Origin: Candidatus Poribacteria bacterium | Lineage (GTDB): Bacteria > Poribacteria > WGA-4E > UBA9662 | Reading direction: 5' to 3' | NCBI GenBank assembly: GCA_046582655.1 | Contig: JAYGDX010000016.1 | Coordinates: forward strand, 32,001-96,000 | Length of the DNA stretch: 64,000 bases | Shown: positions 10,679 through 20,362 of the stretch, one piece after another | Layout: every line of letters begins with the position of its first letter | How positions within the stretch are numbered: the first letter of the stretch is position 1 | The notes under the pieces: model-generated | The model's database searches: none | Told to the model about the DNA's origin: nothing | Seen by the model: the letters and a program-made list of their open reading frames with translations, nothing else | Made by a program: the position numbers and the translations under genes

Positions 10679-11545
10679 TTGACCAGTAATTGGAAAATAA
10701 ATGTGGGTTTTTCTTTTAAATCGTTGACGATTATTGGTTTGTTATTATTACAGGTTATGTTTCTTTCTTCCTTCACCGACTGCAGCAAGATTCCGACTGC
10801 GGTTGGAGCTGCTTCCACTGCCCTAAAATCGGTGCCCGTGTATACCTATAAAATCATGAATACTTATGTTCATGATCACCGAGGTTTTACCCAGGGATTG
10901 GTGTTTGAAGATGGTTTTCTATACGAAGGAACGGGACTGCATGCTCAATCTTCGCTACGGCGTGTGGCGCTAGAAACCGGTGAAATTTTGCAACTTCACC
11001 GACTGCCATCTCATTTCTTTGGTGAAGGAATAACAGTTTATCAGGATAAAATCATTCAACTGACGTGGAAATCCAACACTGGTTTTGTTTATCGCAAAGA
11101 CAATTTTGAGATGTTGCGAGAATTTAACTATTCAACCGAAGGATGGGGGATAACCCATGATGGTCAGCAACTGATTATGAGTGATGGAACATCAACACTT
11201 TACTTTCTCAATCCAGAAACGTTCGAGGAAGTAAGGCTAATCAAGGTTTATGACAGTAACGGACCAGTAAAACATTTGAATGAACTGGAATATGTTGAGA
11301 AGCAGATCTATGCTAACGTTTGGCAGAGCAACCGGATTGCCAAAATTGATCCCCAAACCGGACAGGTTGTGGGTTGGATAGATTTAACTGGATTACTGAA
11401 GCTCGAAGATTATCGTCTACCAGTCGACGTTCTGAACGGTATTGCCTATGATCAGACAAAGAAACGACTCTTCGTTACCGGAAAGTTGTGGCCCAAACTT
11501 TTCGAGATCCAACTGATTCCGGTTCCAGAATCAAAGAAGCCATAG
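10679..11545 (+). CDS. Glutaminyl-peptide cyclotransferase (beta-propeller type)
   Basis: FTQGL, YEGTG, FGEGIT, QLTW, EGWG, SDG, LNELE, ANVW, VLNGIAY, TGKLWP; signal-like N-terminus. Confidence 0.92.
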   Translation: MTSNWKINVGFSFKSLTIIGLLLLQVMFLSSFTDCSKIPTAVGAASTALKSVPVYTYKIMNTYVHDHRGFTQGLVFEDGFLYEGTGLHAQSSLRRVALETGEILQLHRLPSHFFGEGITVYQDKIIQLTWKSNTGFVYRKDNFEMLREFNYSTEGWGITHDGQQLIMSDGTSTLYFLNPETFEEVRLIKVYDSNGPVKHLNELEYVEKQIYANVWQSNRIAKIDPQTGQVVGWIDLTGLLKLEDYRLPVDVLNGIAYDQTKKRLFVTGKLWPKLFEIQLIPVPESKKP

Positions 11546-11562
11546 AAATCGGATTTATAGGA

Positions 11563-12231
11563 TTATATCCACCCTTTGGCTTTGGCTTCTTGGTATCCTT
11601 TAGCCCGAAGTTGGCTGGCAGGATTATCCAGAGTACCATATCCCCACTCATTAAAATCGGTACGGTTGCCATTATAATCAGTATGTGTTTGGTGAATAAT
11701 AATTTCAAGGCAACCGAGATCCTTGGCCATCTTCCAGGTTTCAGCTTTGGTTAAATACATCAGCGGTATATGGATCTTGATCTCAGAGTCCAATGCCAAA
11801 CTCAGCGATTTCTCCATGGAATCGATAAAAACTCGACGTCAGTCAGGATAGCCAGAATAGTCGGTTTGGCAAACGCCCGTCACGATATTATTGATGCTCT
11901 TATTGTAATCGAAGCCAGCAGTGACACTCAAAAAAACAGCGTTGCGTCCAGCGGTAAAAGAAGATGGCAGGTCTGGATTAATAGTATGTTGTGCAGAGAT
12001 ATCCTGCTGGTAGTCAACCAGTGAGGAATTGGCGAAAACACCTTTTAGATCAATGACAGTATAACTGATACCTAGGTTGTGGCAAATTTCCTGTGCTACT
12101 TCCAGCTCAATCAGGTGCTTTTGCCCGTAATCAAAACCAATTGCTTCTACATGACTAAACTCTTTTAAAGCCCAGTATAAACAGGTTGTAGAGTCTTGTC
12201 CGCCGGACAGCATTACAGTTGCACTAGACAT
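11563..12231 (-). CDS. queC: 7-cyano-7-deazaguanine synthase QueC with in-frame TGA at the conserved Cys (Sec candidate or nonsense mutant)
   Basis: SGGQDSTTCL PP-loop, FDYGQKH, GRNAVFL, GVCQTDYSGYPD[TGA 11839-11841]RRVFIDSMEKSL, PLMYLTKAETW. The two track ORFs are in the same frame and join into 222 aa. Confidence 0.88.
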
Positions 12232-12295
12232 ATCAGTTTCTTTTCAATTTATTGCATTCCGATCAGATACAAATCAATCATGCAATAGAGTGGAT

Positions 12296-13252
12296 CTATT
12301 CACTATCGTACTTGCTTCGGTCAAAACTCTTACCATACCAACCAGGAAACGTTATATCCTTAGACATTTGCCAAGCAGTTAAATAAAGCTGTGCGGTAAA
12401 CTGGGTGGAGGAAACGGCCATATGTTTGACAAATTTAGCCACTTCTGGGGATAGAGTCGGATCCGCCTCATTTTCGGATGGGAATTGATCTGCTAACTCA
12501 TAAAGCCTTTCTACTTCGGAATGCTTAGTTTGAACAATCGCTAAAACACCTTTTCTCAGATCATCCAGAGCCTGAATCTGCAAATCTTCTGTCAGTTGGT
12601 CGGAGGTAAAGCCCACATGCTCAATAATTGCGTCGACTTGGTAATGTATACCTTTGTGGGCTATTACTTCTCCATCTGCATTGACACGCCCATTATGGTG
12701 CAATGTGACATGCAGAGGCTGACAAACATCCTCACTGTAGTGTCCAAGCAACCCAGCATATACCAAGCATTTTTGTTGAATGTATGGGTTCTTTGGGTAC
12801 CTTCTGTACTCAGCAAAAGAGAGTGCTAACCGTTCAGTGGATTCAATGATTTCATAAGGTAAGAATCCCACCTTTTCCGGATCCAGTTTGAGCTGGTGAC
12901 AAAGGTTGATTAACCCATAACGCGTATCAGGCAAATTATTACCTTTGAGTAATTCAAGATCCAAATAGTGATCAGGATGTTGTGCGCTGCGAAGATGGGG
13001 GACATCCCGGTTGTTTGCAATGTCGGGATCTGCAGAGCAATGGGCGATCATAAAACCTGAACTTCTGAAAAAGTCAGGGACATCATCAGGTAGCGCGCGT
13101 ACGGCTGCCTTTGATAGGATGACATGACCGCCTGTCCACCATGCTGATGCAGAATCAACCATTAACATCAATAACAAAATTAACCAGACGGTAGTGCTTT
13201 TCTTTACTGCCATCATGTGGTTAAAGGGTGTCGATACGAGGATAAAATTCAT
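12296..13252 (-). CDS. Secreted S1/P1 nuclease / Zn-dependent phospholipase C-like protein
   Basis: Signal peptide then W-x3-G-H (AWWTGGH); DPD; HYLD; GHYSEDVCQPLHVT; GIH. Confidence 0.75.
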   Translation of the reverse strand: MNFILVSTPFNHMMAVKKSTTVWLILLLMLMVDSASAWWTGGHVILSKAAVRALPDDVPDFFRSSGFMIAHCSADPDIANNRDVPHLRSAQHPDHYLDLELLKGNNLPDTRYGLINLCHQLKLDPEKVGFLPYEIIESTERLALSFAEYRRYPKNPYIQQKCLVYAGLLGHYSEDVCQPLHVTLHHNGRVNADGEVIAHKGIHYQVDAIIEHVGFTSDQLTEDLQIQALDDLRKGVLAIVQTKHSEVERLYELADQFPSENEADPTLSPEVAKFVKHMAVSSTQFTAQLYLTAWQMSKDITFPGWYGKSFDRSKYDSE

Positions 13253-13423
13253 TGATTTCCTTCTTTCTTTGGGTTAACTGGAGAGATCAAAAATCTAGCG
13301 GATAATGTTTTTAGGGTTTTTTGAAAAATTAAGAATATGTAAAATCAGATGGGTATTTCTCCTATTATAAATAGATGAACCGAATTTTGCAATACTGAGG
13401 AAGGTTTTGTATCAGATTGTTGC

Positions 13424-13576
13424 AAAGGAGTACTTGATGTCTCAAGCTGGCTGGAAAGGAAAGCAGGCATGATCTGCTGAGGAGCCTTGACTCAGACTGA
13501 ATACAATCACTTTGGGAGAGAGCAAGTTTGCCTGACTCGTTCTGCCAGTTGCGGCATGAGCGTAGAAGCCTTTTTT
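13424..13576 (+). ncRNA. Candidate structured ncRNA (~150-nt imperfect rod, some 6S-like features)
   Basis: Nested complementary segments aaagg/ccttt, atgtc/ggcat, gctggc/gccagt, ggaa/ttct, caggca/tgcctg, tgct/agca, ctcaga/tttggg. G-U pairs favour the + strand. Ends in a T run. Confidence 0.45.
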
Positions 13577-13729
13577 CTTGGTTAAATTTTTAACCTCTCA
13601 GTCCAGGATTTAAATTTAAAAAACCGTTTAGTTTTTGATTAATAATCTGTATGCCCGCTAGCGCTTCTCTGATTGTATCTAATAACTTTTTTCTTGCCTT
13701 ATGCCTCATGAATTTGGTTTCCTTGAATT

Positions 13730-14188
13730 TTAGGTTGATGGTAAAAGTATGAATAAATCAGTGAATCGTTTCCAAAATGATCGGCTGCTAAACTCTTCAA
13801 TCCTATGACGTGCTTCAGCTAATTTCTGGTTCAGCGAAGTCACACGCATCTCTCTTGATTCCAATAGCTTGTGTACTTGTTCCAGGTAATTATGGATTGT
13901 CCTAATTTGAGCGTTTTTTTCAGACAGTTGGTTGTCTTTTTTTTCAATTTGTTTCGTCAAGAATTGAAAAATTTTGTCGAACTCTCCATCTACTGAATTT
14001 GCGCGGTCAATTTCAGATTTCTTCATCATGGATGATTTATAATCTCCATTTGAATTCGTATCCATTTCTTTTCCTTCTTTTGAAGCTATGTCTTTGTTTT
14101 CATGCACCCAGAGACGAAGAATTGTATGTTCGCTGACCTTTAATTTTGCTGCTATCTGTGATATAGTCATTGTCTGTTCCTGTTCCAT
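13730..14188 (-). CDS. Hypothetical protein: N-terminal HTH plus coiled coil
   Basis: MTISQIAAKLKVSEHTILRLW helix-turn-helix pattern; heptad-rich C-terminus ending FWKRF. Confidence 0.65.
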   Translation of the reverse strand: MEQEQTMTISQIAAKLKVSEHTILRLWVHENKDIASKEGKEMDTNSNGDYKSSMMKKSEIDRANSVDGEFDKIFQFLTKQIEKKDNQLSEKNAQIRTIHNYLEQVHKLLESREMRVTSLNQKLAEARHRIEEFSSRSFWKRFTDLFILLPST

Positions 14189-14295
14189 GTCGAGGGTAAC
14201 GCTTAAAATGATGGACGAGTTACGGATAATCCACCTGACATGTCAAAAGTTGATGTATTCTCAAAATGAGTTGTTTGCAAAAAAGGATTTGAATA

Positions 14296-15489
14296 ATGGT
14301 CGAGCGTCCCAAAATCGCAGCTGTTGTCACAATCTATCACAAATATTCTCATGCCCAGCACATCGTTGATCGGTTCCTGGAAGGTTATGGTTGGGAAAGT
14401 CGGCATCACTATCCAGAGATGGATCTTGTTTCACTCTATGTCGATCAGGTTGGAGATAACGATCTAAGTCAGGAACGTGCTAAACGATTCCCATCGATGA
14501 AAATTTATCCGACGGTTGCTGAAGCCTTGACACTAGGAGGTGACTCGCTGGCTGTTGACGGGGTTTTGCTTATTGGTGAACATGGTGATTACCCAACTAA
14601 CGAAAAAGGCCAACGTCAATATCCCCGTTACGAGCTATTCAAACAAATCACCGACGTATATCATTCCAGTGGTAAATCCGCACCCATTTTTAATGATAAA
14701 CATCTATCCTGGAAATGGGAGTGGTGTCGAGAGATGTACGATCTTTCGCAACAGCTAAACTTTGCTTTCATGGCTGGATCGTCATTACCAGTAACTTGGA
14801 GAACACCATCGCTTGATATGCCATTGGGGGCAGAGATCGAAGAAGCAGTATGTGTGGCTTATGGTGGTGTTGATGGGTATGATATTCACGCACTTGAAAC
14901 AATTCAGTGTATGGTCGAGCGACGATACGGTGGTGAATCTGGTGTGGAATGGTTGCAGGCCTATCGAGGTGATAAATTTTGGGAAGCCCATCACCAGGGT
15001 GTTTGGTCGGTTGAGCTTTTCGAGTCCGCACTGTCCCGCAGCCACACATTAAAACCGGCACGAGCTGGATTCAATAACGTCTTTCCTACACTTCACGAAC
15101 TTAAAGAGATTGTGAAGGATCCAATGGCGTATCATTATCAGCATGTCGACGGATTGAAGTGCAGTATGGTAATGATGAACGGATTGGTGGATGATTTTAA
15201 CTTTGCGGCTAAACTCAAAGGGCAGTCTAAAACACTGTCTACACAGATGTATTTGCCTATGCCGCCAGCCCGCACGACGTTAGCAAACTTTTTCACCCCT
15301 CAGGTCAATAATGTTGAAAAGATGTTTCTGAGTGGCAACCCAACCTATCCTGTTGAACGAACTTTATTAACCAGTGGACTGGTAATTGCGGGTGTTGAAA
15401 GTTTGGATCAAGATCAATCTCGACAGGATACGCTAAATCTGGCGATTTCTTATCAACCGACATCTGAATCTACTTTCTGGAGAACTTAA
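14296..15489 (+). CDS. Conserved hypothetical protein (oxidoreductase-like), paralog 1
   Basis: 397 aa ORF; shares SHAQH, LAVDGVLLIGEHG, YPRYE, NDKHLS, AGSSLPVTWR with the next gene. Confidence 0.8.
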   Translation: MVERPKIAAVVTIYHKYSHAQHIVDRFLEGYGWESRHHYPEMDLVSLYVDQVGDNDLSQERAKRFPSMKIYPTVAEALTLGGDSLAVDGVLLIGEHGDYPTNEKGQRQYPRYELFKQITDVYHSSGKSAPIFNDKHLSWKWEWCREMYDLSQQLNFAFMAGSSLPVTWRTPSLDMPLGAEIEEAVCVAYGGVDGYDIHALETIQCMVERRYGGESGVEWLQAYRGDKFWEAHHQGVWSVELFESALSRSHTLKPARAGFNNVFPTLHELKEIVKDPMAYHYQHVDGLKCSMVMMNGLVDDFNFAAKLKGQSKTLSTQMYLPMPPARTTLANFFTPQVNNVEKMFLSGNPTYPVERTLLTSGLVIAGVESLDQDQSRQDTLNLAISYQPTSESTFWRT

Positions 15490-15497
15490 ACGGAGAC

Positions 15498-16697
15498 ATG
15501 AAAATGGCATCTCGAAATCGACCAAAACGCATTGCCGTGATCGCAACAGTCTACACCTACCTTTCTCACGCACAACATTTTGCTGATCGTTTTATGGTTG
15601 GCTACCCTTATGAAGGCCGATGGCACACGCCAAACGTTGAAGTGGCATCGTTATATGTTGAACAGAAACCGGAAGGAGATCAAAGCGCGGACCGGGCTCA
15701 GGAATTCAATTTTGAGGTTTATCCAACCATTGCTGAAGCGTTACGTTGTGGTGGAGATAAATTAGCTGTTGACGGCGTCCTAATTATTGGTGAACACGGG
15801 AATTATCCCAAAAACGAATTGGATCAAATTCTGTACCCGCGTTATGAGTTTTTTAAAGCCTGTGTCTCGGTGTTTGAAAGTGATGGCTTCGCGGTCCCGA
15901 TCTATAACGACAAACATTTGTCATACAGCTTTGAAAAGGCCAAAGAGATGGTTGAGAATGGTCATCGGTTAGACTTTCCCATTTTAGCCGGCTCTTCTCT
16001 TCCTGTGACTTGGCGTTTACCAGATCTTGAACTGCCGATTGATTGTCAACTGGAAGATGCATTAATGGTTGGAGTGGGTGGTTCAGACGCCATGGACTAT
16101 CACGCGCTGGAAGCCATGCAGTGCATGATAGAACGACGAGAAGGTGGTGAGTCTGGTGTTAAAGCCGTTCAGCTGATTGAAGGCGATGCTGTTTGGGAGG
16201 CAGGCAAAAATGGACAATGGTCGATGGAATTACTCGAAGCTGCACTGTCCCGTAGCGACACCCCTTGTGGATTAACAGATGAAGATGGGCGTACACAAGA
16301 TTTGATTGGCACTGGTGAATTGTATAAGCTTGTCAAAGATCCAGCAGCTTATTTAGTTGAACATAATGATGGATTCAAAAGCACTCTCTTGATGATCAAT
16401 GGTGCTATTCGCGATTATTGTTTTGCCGGAAAAATAACTGGAGAAACGAATCCTGTGTCGAACCAATTTTTCCTGACACCAACGCCAAACGTAACTTATT
16501 CGGCTTGCTTAGTTGCCAAGATTGAGGAGATGTTTGTAACCGGTAAGGCACCTTTCCCCGCTGAACGAACACTGATTGTCTGCGGGACATTGGAAAGCTG
16601 CCTGCAGTCACGTCATCAAAACCATCAGCGATTGGAAACCCCTCATCTACAGGTACAATATCGAGCTCCTACCGAGTCGCATCATGCTCGAGCGTAG
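15498..16697 (+). CDS. Conserved hypothetical protein (oxidoreductase-like), paralog 2
   Basis: 399 aa ORF with GGAG RBS and the same motifs as the previous gene. Confidence 0.8.
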   Translation: MKMASRNRPKRIAVIATVYTYLSHAQHFADRFMVGYPYEGRWHTPNVEVASLYVEQKPEGDQSADRAQEFNFEVYPTIAEALRCGGDKLAVDGVLIIGEHGNYPKNELDQILYPRYEFFKACVSVFESDGFAVPIYNDKHLSYSFEKAKEMVENGHRLDFPILAGSSLPVTWRLPDLELPIDCQLEDALMVGVGGSDAMDYHALEAMQCMIERREGGESGVKAVQLIEGDAVWEAGKNGQWSMELLEAALSRSDTPCGLTDEDGRTQDLIGTGELYKLVKDPAAYLVEHNDGFKSTLLMINGAIRDYCFAGKITGETNPVSNQFFLTPTPNVTYSACLVAKIEEMFVTGKAPFPAERTLIVCGTLESCLQSRHQNHQRLETPHLQVQYRAPTESHHARA

Positions 16698-18011
16698 AGT
16701 GTTCATACGCAAATGAAATTGAATTAAAAAATTTTGCCTCATATATGGTGCCACATGAACTCTTTATACTCGAACTGACGAGACTAAGCAGTAGAGCTAA
16801 ACCTCAAGTATTACTGAGGTAAGAGTTCTATCTCACCTAACCAGTCATTAATTTCTGTATAGGCTTTGGTGTTTAGAAGCTATTTGAAAGAAATTAGAGA
16901 CGTTTGAGTATCAGTTGAATCATAGCAATATAGATCATGTTTTCGCAATGTCGACTTGTGCCTTTGTAATCCAAACTCAATTCATATTTCTTTTTGGTTA
17001 CGGTGCCAAGTTCTTCCTTATTTAATTGAACAGCAACTGGTTTTTCTACATTTCTGTCTTCTTCAGCCTAAGCTGAACCCACCCAAACAAATTAGTTCAA
17101 TCAGTCAAGAAAATCCTTTTGTCTCTCCTCGTCAACTTGGTACAATGATAGTGGGTGTGATAGCCGCCAGATGGAGGTCTGTTGTTGATTAGCTGGTGGT
17201 AGAGGTCTAGCCGCTCGGTGCAGACAATGGTCGATCATTGGTCAAAGACACATCCAGCCTTAGTATCAAAGTCCAACGTCTCAAGATTTCCGGAGACCTG
17301 ACCACAGGTGGTAGTCAGTCCGTAAAGGTCTGCTGTTAGCCTGAAGCGCCTGTAATCAGCGTACCATGCGCTCAGCGCTGGCGCCCTTTTATTTTCACGG
17401 TTGACTGGTGTCGTGCTGAAAAGCCTGAGTTAACCAGTTGTAAGTGAGGTGCGGTACTTCGCCAACTGTCGAAGTTGGTTAGCTTACCGCATGCTCTATC
17501 TCGTCTTCGCTAATGACGGTTTTTGGTGGGGAAATCTCCCCACCATCCTCAAGCTCCTGTATAAAATTTTGAGATGGTCACCAATTTGGAGTTTCAATAA
17601 GGCGTGGGAAAATAAAACGGTTTGCCCGGGGCCGTATTTTTAAAAATATTGGTTTGGTATAGCAGTAGATATTGTAACGGGGCGATATTCGGGACAGTTA
17701 CTCGTGCATACGTCGGGGACTGTTTGCCAGCGAGAGGTATTCTCAACGTGGGGTTAGTACCACATCGAATCAGATTCGCAGCACAAGATGGATAGCTTCT
17801 CTGTTCTATATCCTAAGTTGAAATGCCACTTTCAAGCAGTTTCAGGTTTGATTCTTGATGATAGGGATTATCTGCTGGAACTGGATTATCCTCCTCCTTT
17901 TCCGTGTTACATTTTATTATTTATAAATTTTTTGCTGGTCGGGATGATCAATGCCGAATGATGGGTTGGTTGGTGACAGTGAACCCTGGACGCTAAAACT
18001 TGCATGGTGGT

Positions 18012-18992
18012 CTATTCTAACCTCTGGGTTACATGTATCAAACCGTTACCTGGATGGACACGATGAATACGGCGTAGCATAATGATAACGCCTGCCTGTT
18101 CGGTGGTGATTTCCGCCAAAACATCACCAAAGGCGTTACAAATGGTACCGAGTTGTTGACCGACGTTGACATACTCCAACAAATCCACCTCTGCCCGGAA
18201 GTAGCCAGCGACAGGGGTCGTAATCACGTTATCCAAATTGCCATCCCCAAGCAGGTGGTGTGTCACAGGCTGTAACTGCGGTTTGCCTTCGAGCATATTG
18301 AGATGCTTCATCACGTTGAGGACACCTGTGGTGAAGCATCTCACATCTTCTGTACGCGAAAATCCACCACCGGGAGCTTCAGTGTAGAGTGCGGGTATGC
18401 CCAAGTCGGTGGCGACGGTAAGGCTCCGCCCGGGGGGTACTGGTAGCGGATGTCCCCACATGACAGCGGTGCCGAATGCCTCCGCTCCCGCCAGCGTACG
18501 CTTGCCTCGCTCGTCGTCGCTGCGAATGTAGCCGATGAGTGTCGGAATGCGAGCGGCTATGCCACCGCTATGCAAGTCGATGAGGAAATCAGCTGATTTC
18601 AGCAACTTTTCTGTCAGAAAGCAGGCAATTTGCTCAGTGATTGTGCCGTGTGCGTCACCTGGGAAGACCCGGGCCAAATTTTTACCATCGATGGTGCTGT
18701 TGCGAGTAGCTGTTCCATAAGCTGGGACGTTACATATCGGTACCATTAGCAACGTCCCACATAAGTCGTCGGGTGTGAGTCTACGAAAAATCCGGGGGAT
18801 CGCCTCAACCCCTTCATATTCGTCGCCGTGTACAGCTGCCAGGACCAGTAGTATTGGACCAACAGTCGATCCTGTTACATAGAGAAACGGTAACTGCCAG
18901 TGACCACCATCCGCCCGTTGGGCCACTTCCAGCCATACAGTCTCTTTGGTATTTCGAGGCAATCTTGAAACATCGAGGTCTTTTAAATGCAT
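18012..18992 (-). CDS. Succinylglutamate desuccinylase/aspartoacylase-family (M14) protein
   Basis: AVHGDEYEG, NLARVFPG, IDLHSGG, TEAPGG; C-terminal biotinyl-like domain. Confidence 0.88.
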   Translation of the reverse strand: MHLKDLDVSRLPRNTKETVWLEVAQRADGGHWQLPFLYVTGSTVGPILLVLAAVHGDEYEGVEAIPRIFRRLTPDDLCGTLLMVPICNVPAYGTATRNSTIDGKNLARVFPGDAHGTITEQIACFLTEKLLKSADFLIDLHSGGIAARIPTLIGYIRSDDERGKRTLAGAEAFGTAVMWGHPLPVPPGRSLTVATDLGIPALYTEAPGGGFSRTEDVRCFTTGVLNVMKHLNMLEGKPQLQPVTHHLLGDGNLDNVITTPVAGYFRAEVDLLEYVNVGQQLGTICNAFGDVLAEITTEQAGVIIMLRRIHRVHPGNGLIHVTQRLE

Positions 18993-19003
18993 GGCTGATA
19001 TTC

Positions 19004-20359
19004 CTAGTGTGATTTGTCCTTAAATGACACCCCTTTTTCCAACCGTTGCAGGATTAACTTTAAAATCCGGTCTGCGGTGCCAGCCACAAAGTGAGTCGAA
19101 GACGATGTCGCCTCATAGCCGACCCGGTCATATTCATAGGCCAGTGGCAAATATCCTTGGTATCCACCACAACACGAAACAAGTAGGCTATTTGGGAATT
19201 TCTGTTTCATCTTGAGTCCAATTTCCGCCAGCACTTCAAACGGCAACCCTACGAACATGGTATCGCCGATCTGCATAAACTGGACATTGATTTCCTCCCT
19301 GTTTTCAGGGTATTGCCTCGCCCGGCTGCAAACCATCATTTTATCTCGGAATTTGTTCAGCAACTGGCGGTAGGCTTCTCCTTTTTTTTCTTCTTTTGTC
19401 AGGACTTCCTGTCTGGCTACTTCGTATTCTGCCTCTGCCATTGCAGGATCCGTTTTGATAATTGTCTCCACCTCCACCACAATCGAATCAGCTGACAGTG
19501 AGGCGGATACGTCGTTCTGAAACAGTCGTTCGGCTAGGATTGCCGTCTGGCCCAAGACGTCTCCGATCCGCTCGCGGCAGTCACTTCTGCGGTTGATAGG
19601 GACCGCATCACCCGCGGCACCTAAGGTGAACAACACCGGGCACTGCCAGGCCTGCGAAATTGTCTGTCGTGCATAGTAGGGATAATCGGCTGAAAATCGA
19701 TAGTAGTCCTCATCCGGTGAACATCCTGCAACTGGATGGCAACCGAAATTCAGTAGCACTGCCTGGTGTCCGCCCTCATCGACTAAACGGTGAACGGTCA
19801 GTTCATCGTCCACCGTGCTGAACGTATACGGTGTCGGATCATCGGGGTACAGCAGGTTCATTTCGACCATGCCGTCGGATTTTCTGACAGTTCTTCGGTT
19901 AAACAAGACCTGAGGTACTTGTACCCGCGCCGTTTCGATGCGCATGGGCCGCAGGTTGCCTAGTGCTTCCTTTGCCGCTTCGATCATCTTTTGCTTAAAC
20001 TCACTCACATAATCCGGATCTGGGTCGATAAACGCAACTTCCGGTTTACTGGAAGTCGTTCCGTGCAAAGCAGGTGCGAAGTGGGTATGAGATCCTGATA
20101 TCAGGATATTTGGATAACCCACGCCCGTCTCCTGTTTCAGTAAGGCATAAAGCTCTTCACAGACATCGGATCGTACCCCGATCATGTCCAGAGCAAAAAT
20201 CAGTACCTGGTTTTCTCCGTTGCTCGCTGCTAGGCATCCCAGCGACAGAGTTTCTCGCATACCACTTGAAGGATAGGTCCGGCTTGCGTAACCATGCGCC
20301 CAAACTGGGTAATCAGGCGTAATATCGCGCACTGCCACGCCGAATTTCAGTTTAGCCAT
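19004..20359 (-). CDS. Neutral/alkaline ceramidase-like amidohydrolase
   Basis: GVAVRDITP, SHTHFAP, NFGCHP, FSADYP, GAAGD, PFEVLAEIG, GYLP...GYE. Confidence 0.7.
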   Translation of the reverse strand: MAKLKFGVAVRDITPDYPVWAHGYASRTYPSSGMRETLSLGCLAASNGENQVLIFALDMIGVRSDVCEELYALLKQETGVGYPNILISGSHTHFAPALHGTTSSKPEVAFIDPDPDYVSEFKQKMIEAAKEALGNLRPMRIETARVQVPQVLFNRRTVRKSDGMVEMNLLYPDDPTPYTFSTVDDELTVHRLVDEGGHQAVLLNFGCHPVAGCSPDEDYYRFSADYPYYARQTISQAWQCPVLFTLGAAGDAVPINRRSDCRERIGDVLGQTAILAERLFQNDVSASLSADSIVVEVETIIKTDPAMAEAEYEVARQEVLTKEEKKGEAYRQLLNKFRDKMMVCSRARQYPENREEINVQFMQIGDTMFVGLPFEVLAEIGLKMKQKFPNSLLVSCCGGYQGYLPLAYEYDRVGYEATSSSTHFVAGTADRILKLILQRLEKGVSFKDKSH

Positions 20360-20362
20360 TGC

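Noticed and set aside
16700..18000. 1.3-kb gap with short ORFs and an inverted repeat (GAACTCTT...AAGAGTTC, 16757-16828)
   Set aside because: No recognisable protein, riboswitch or IS motif could be supported; probably degraded sequence.
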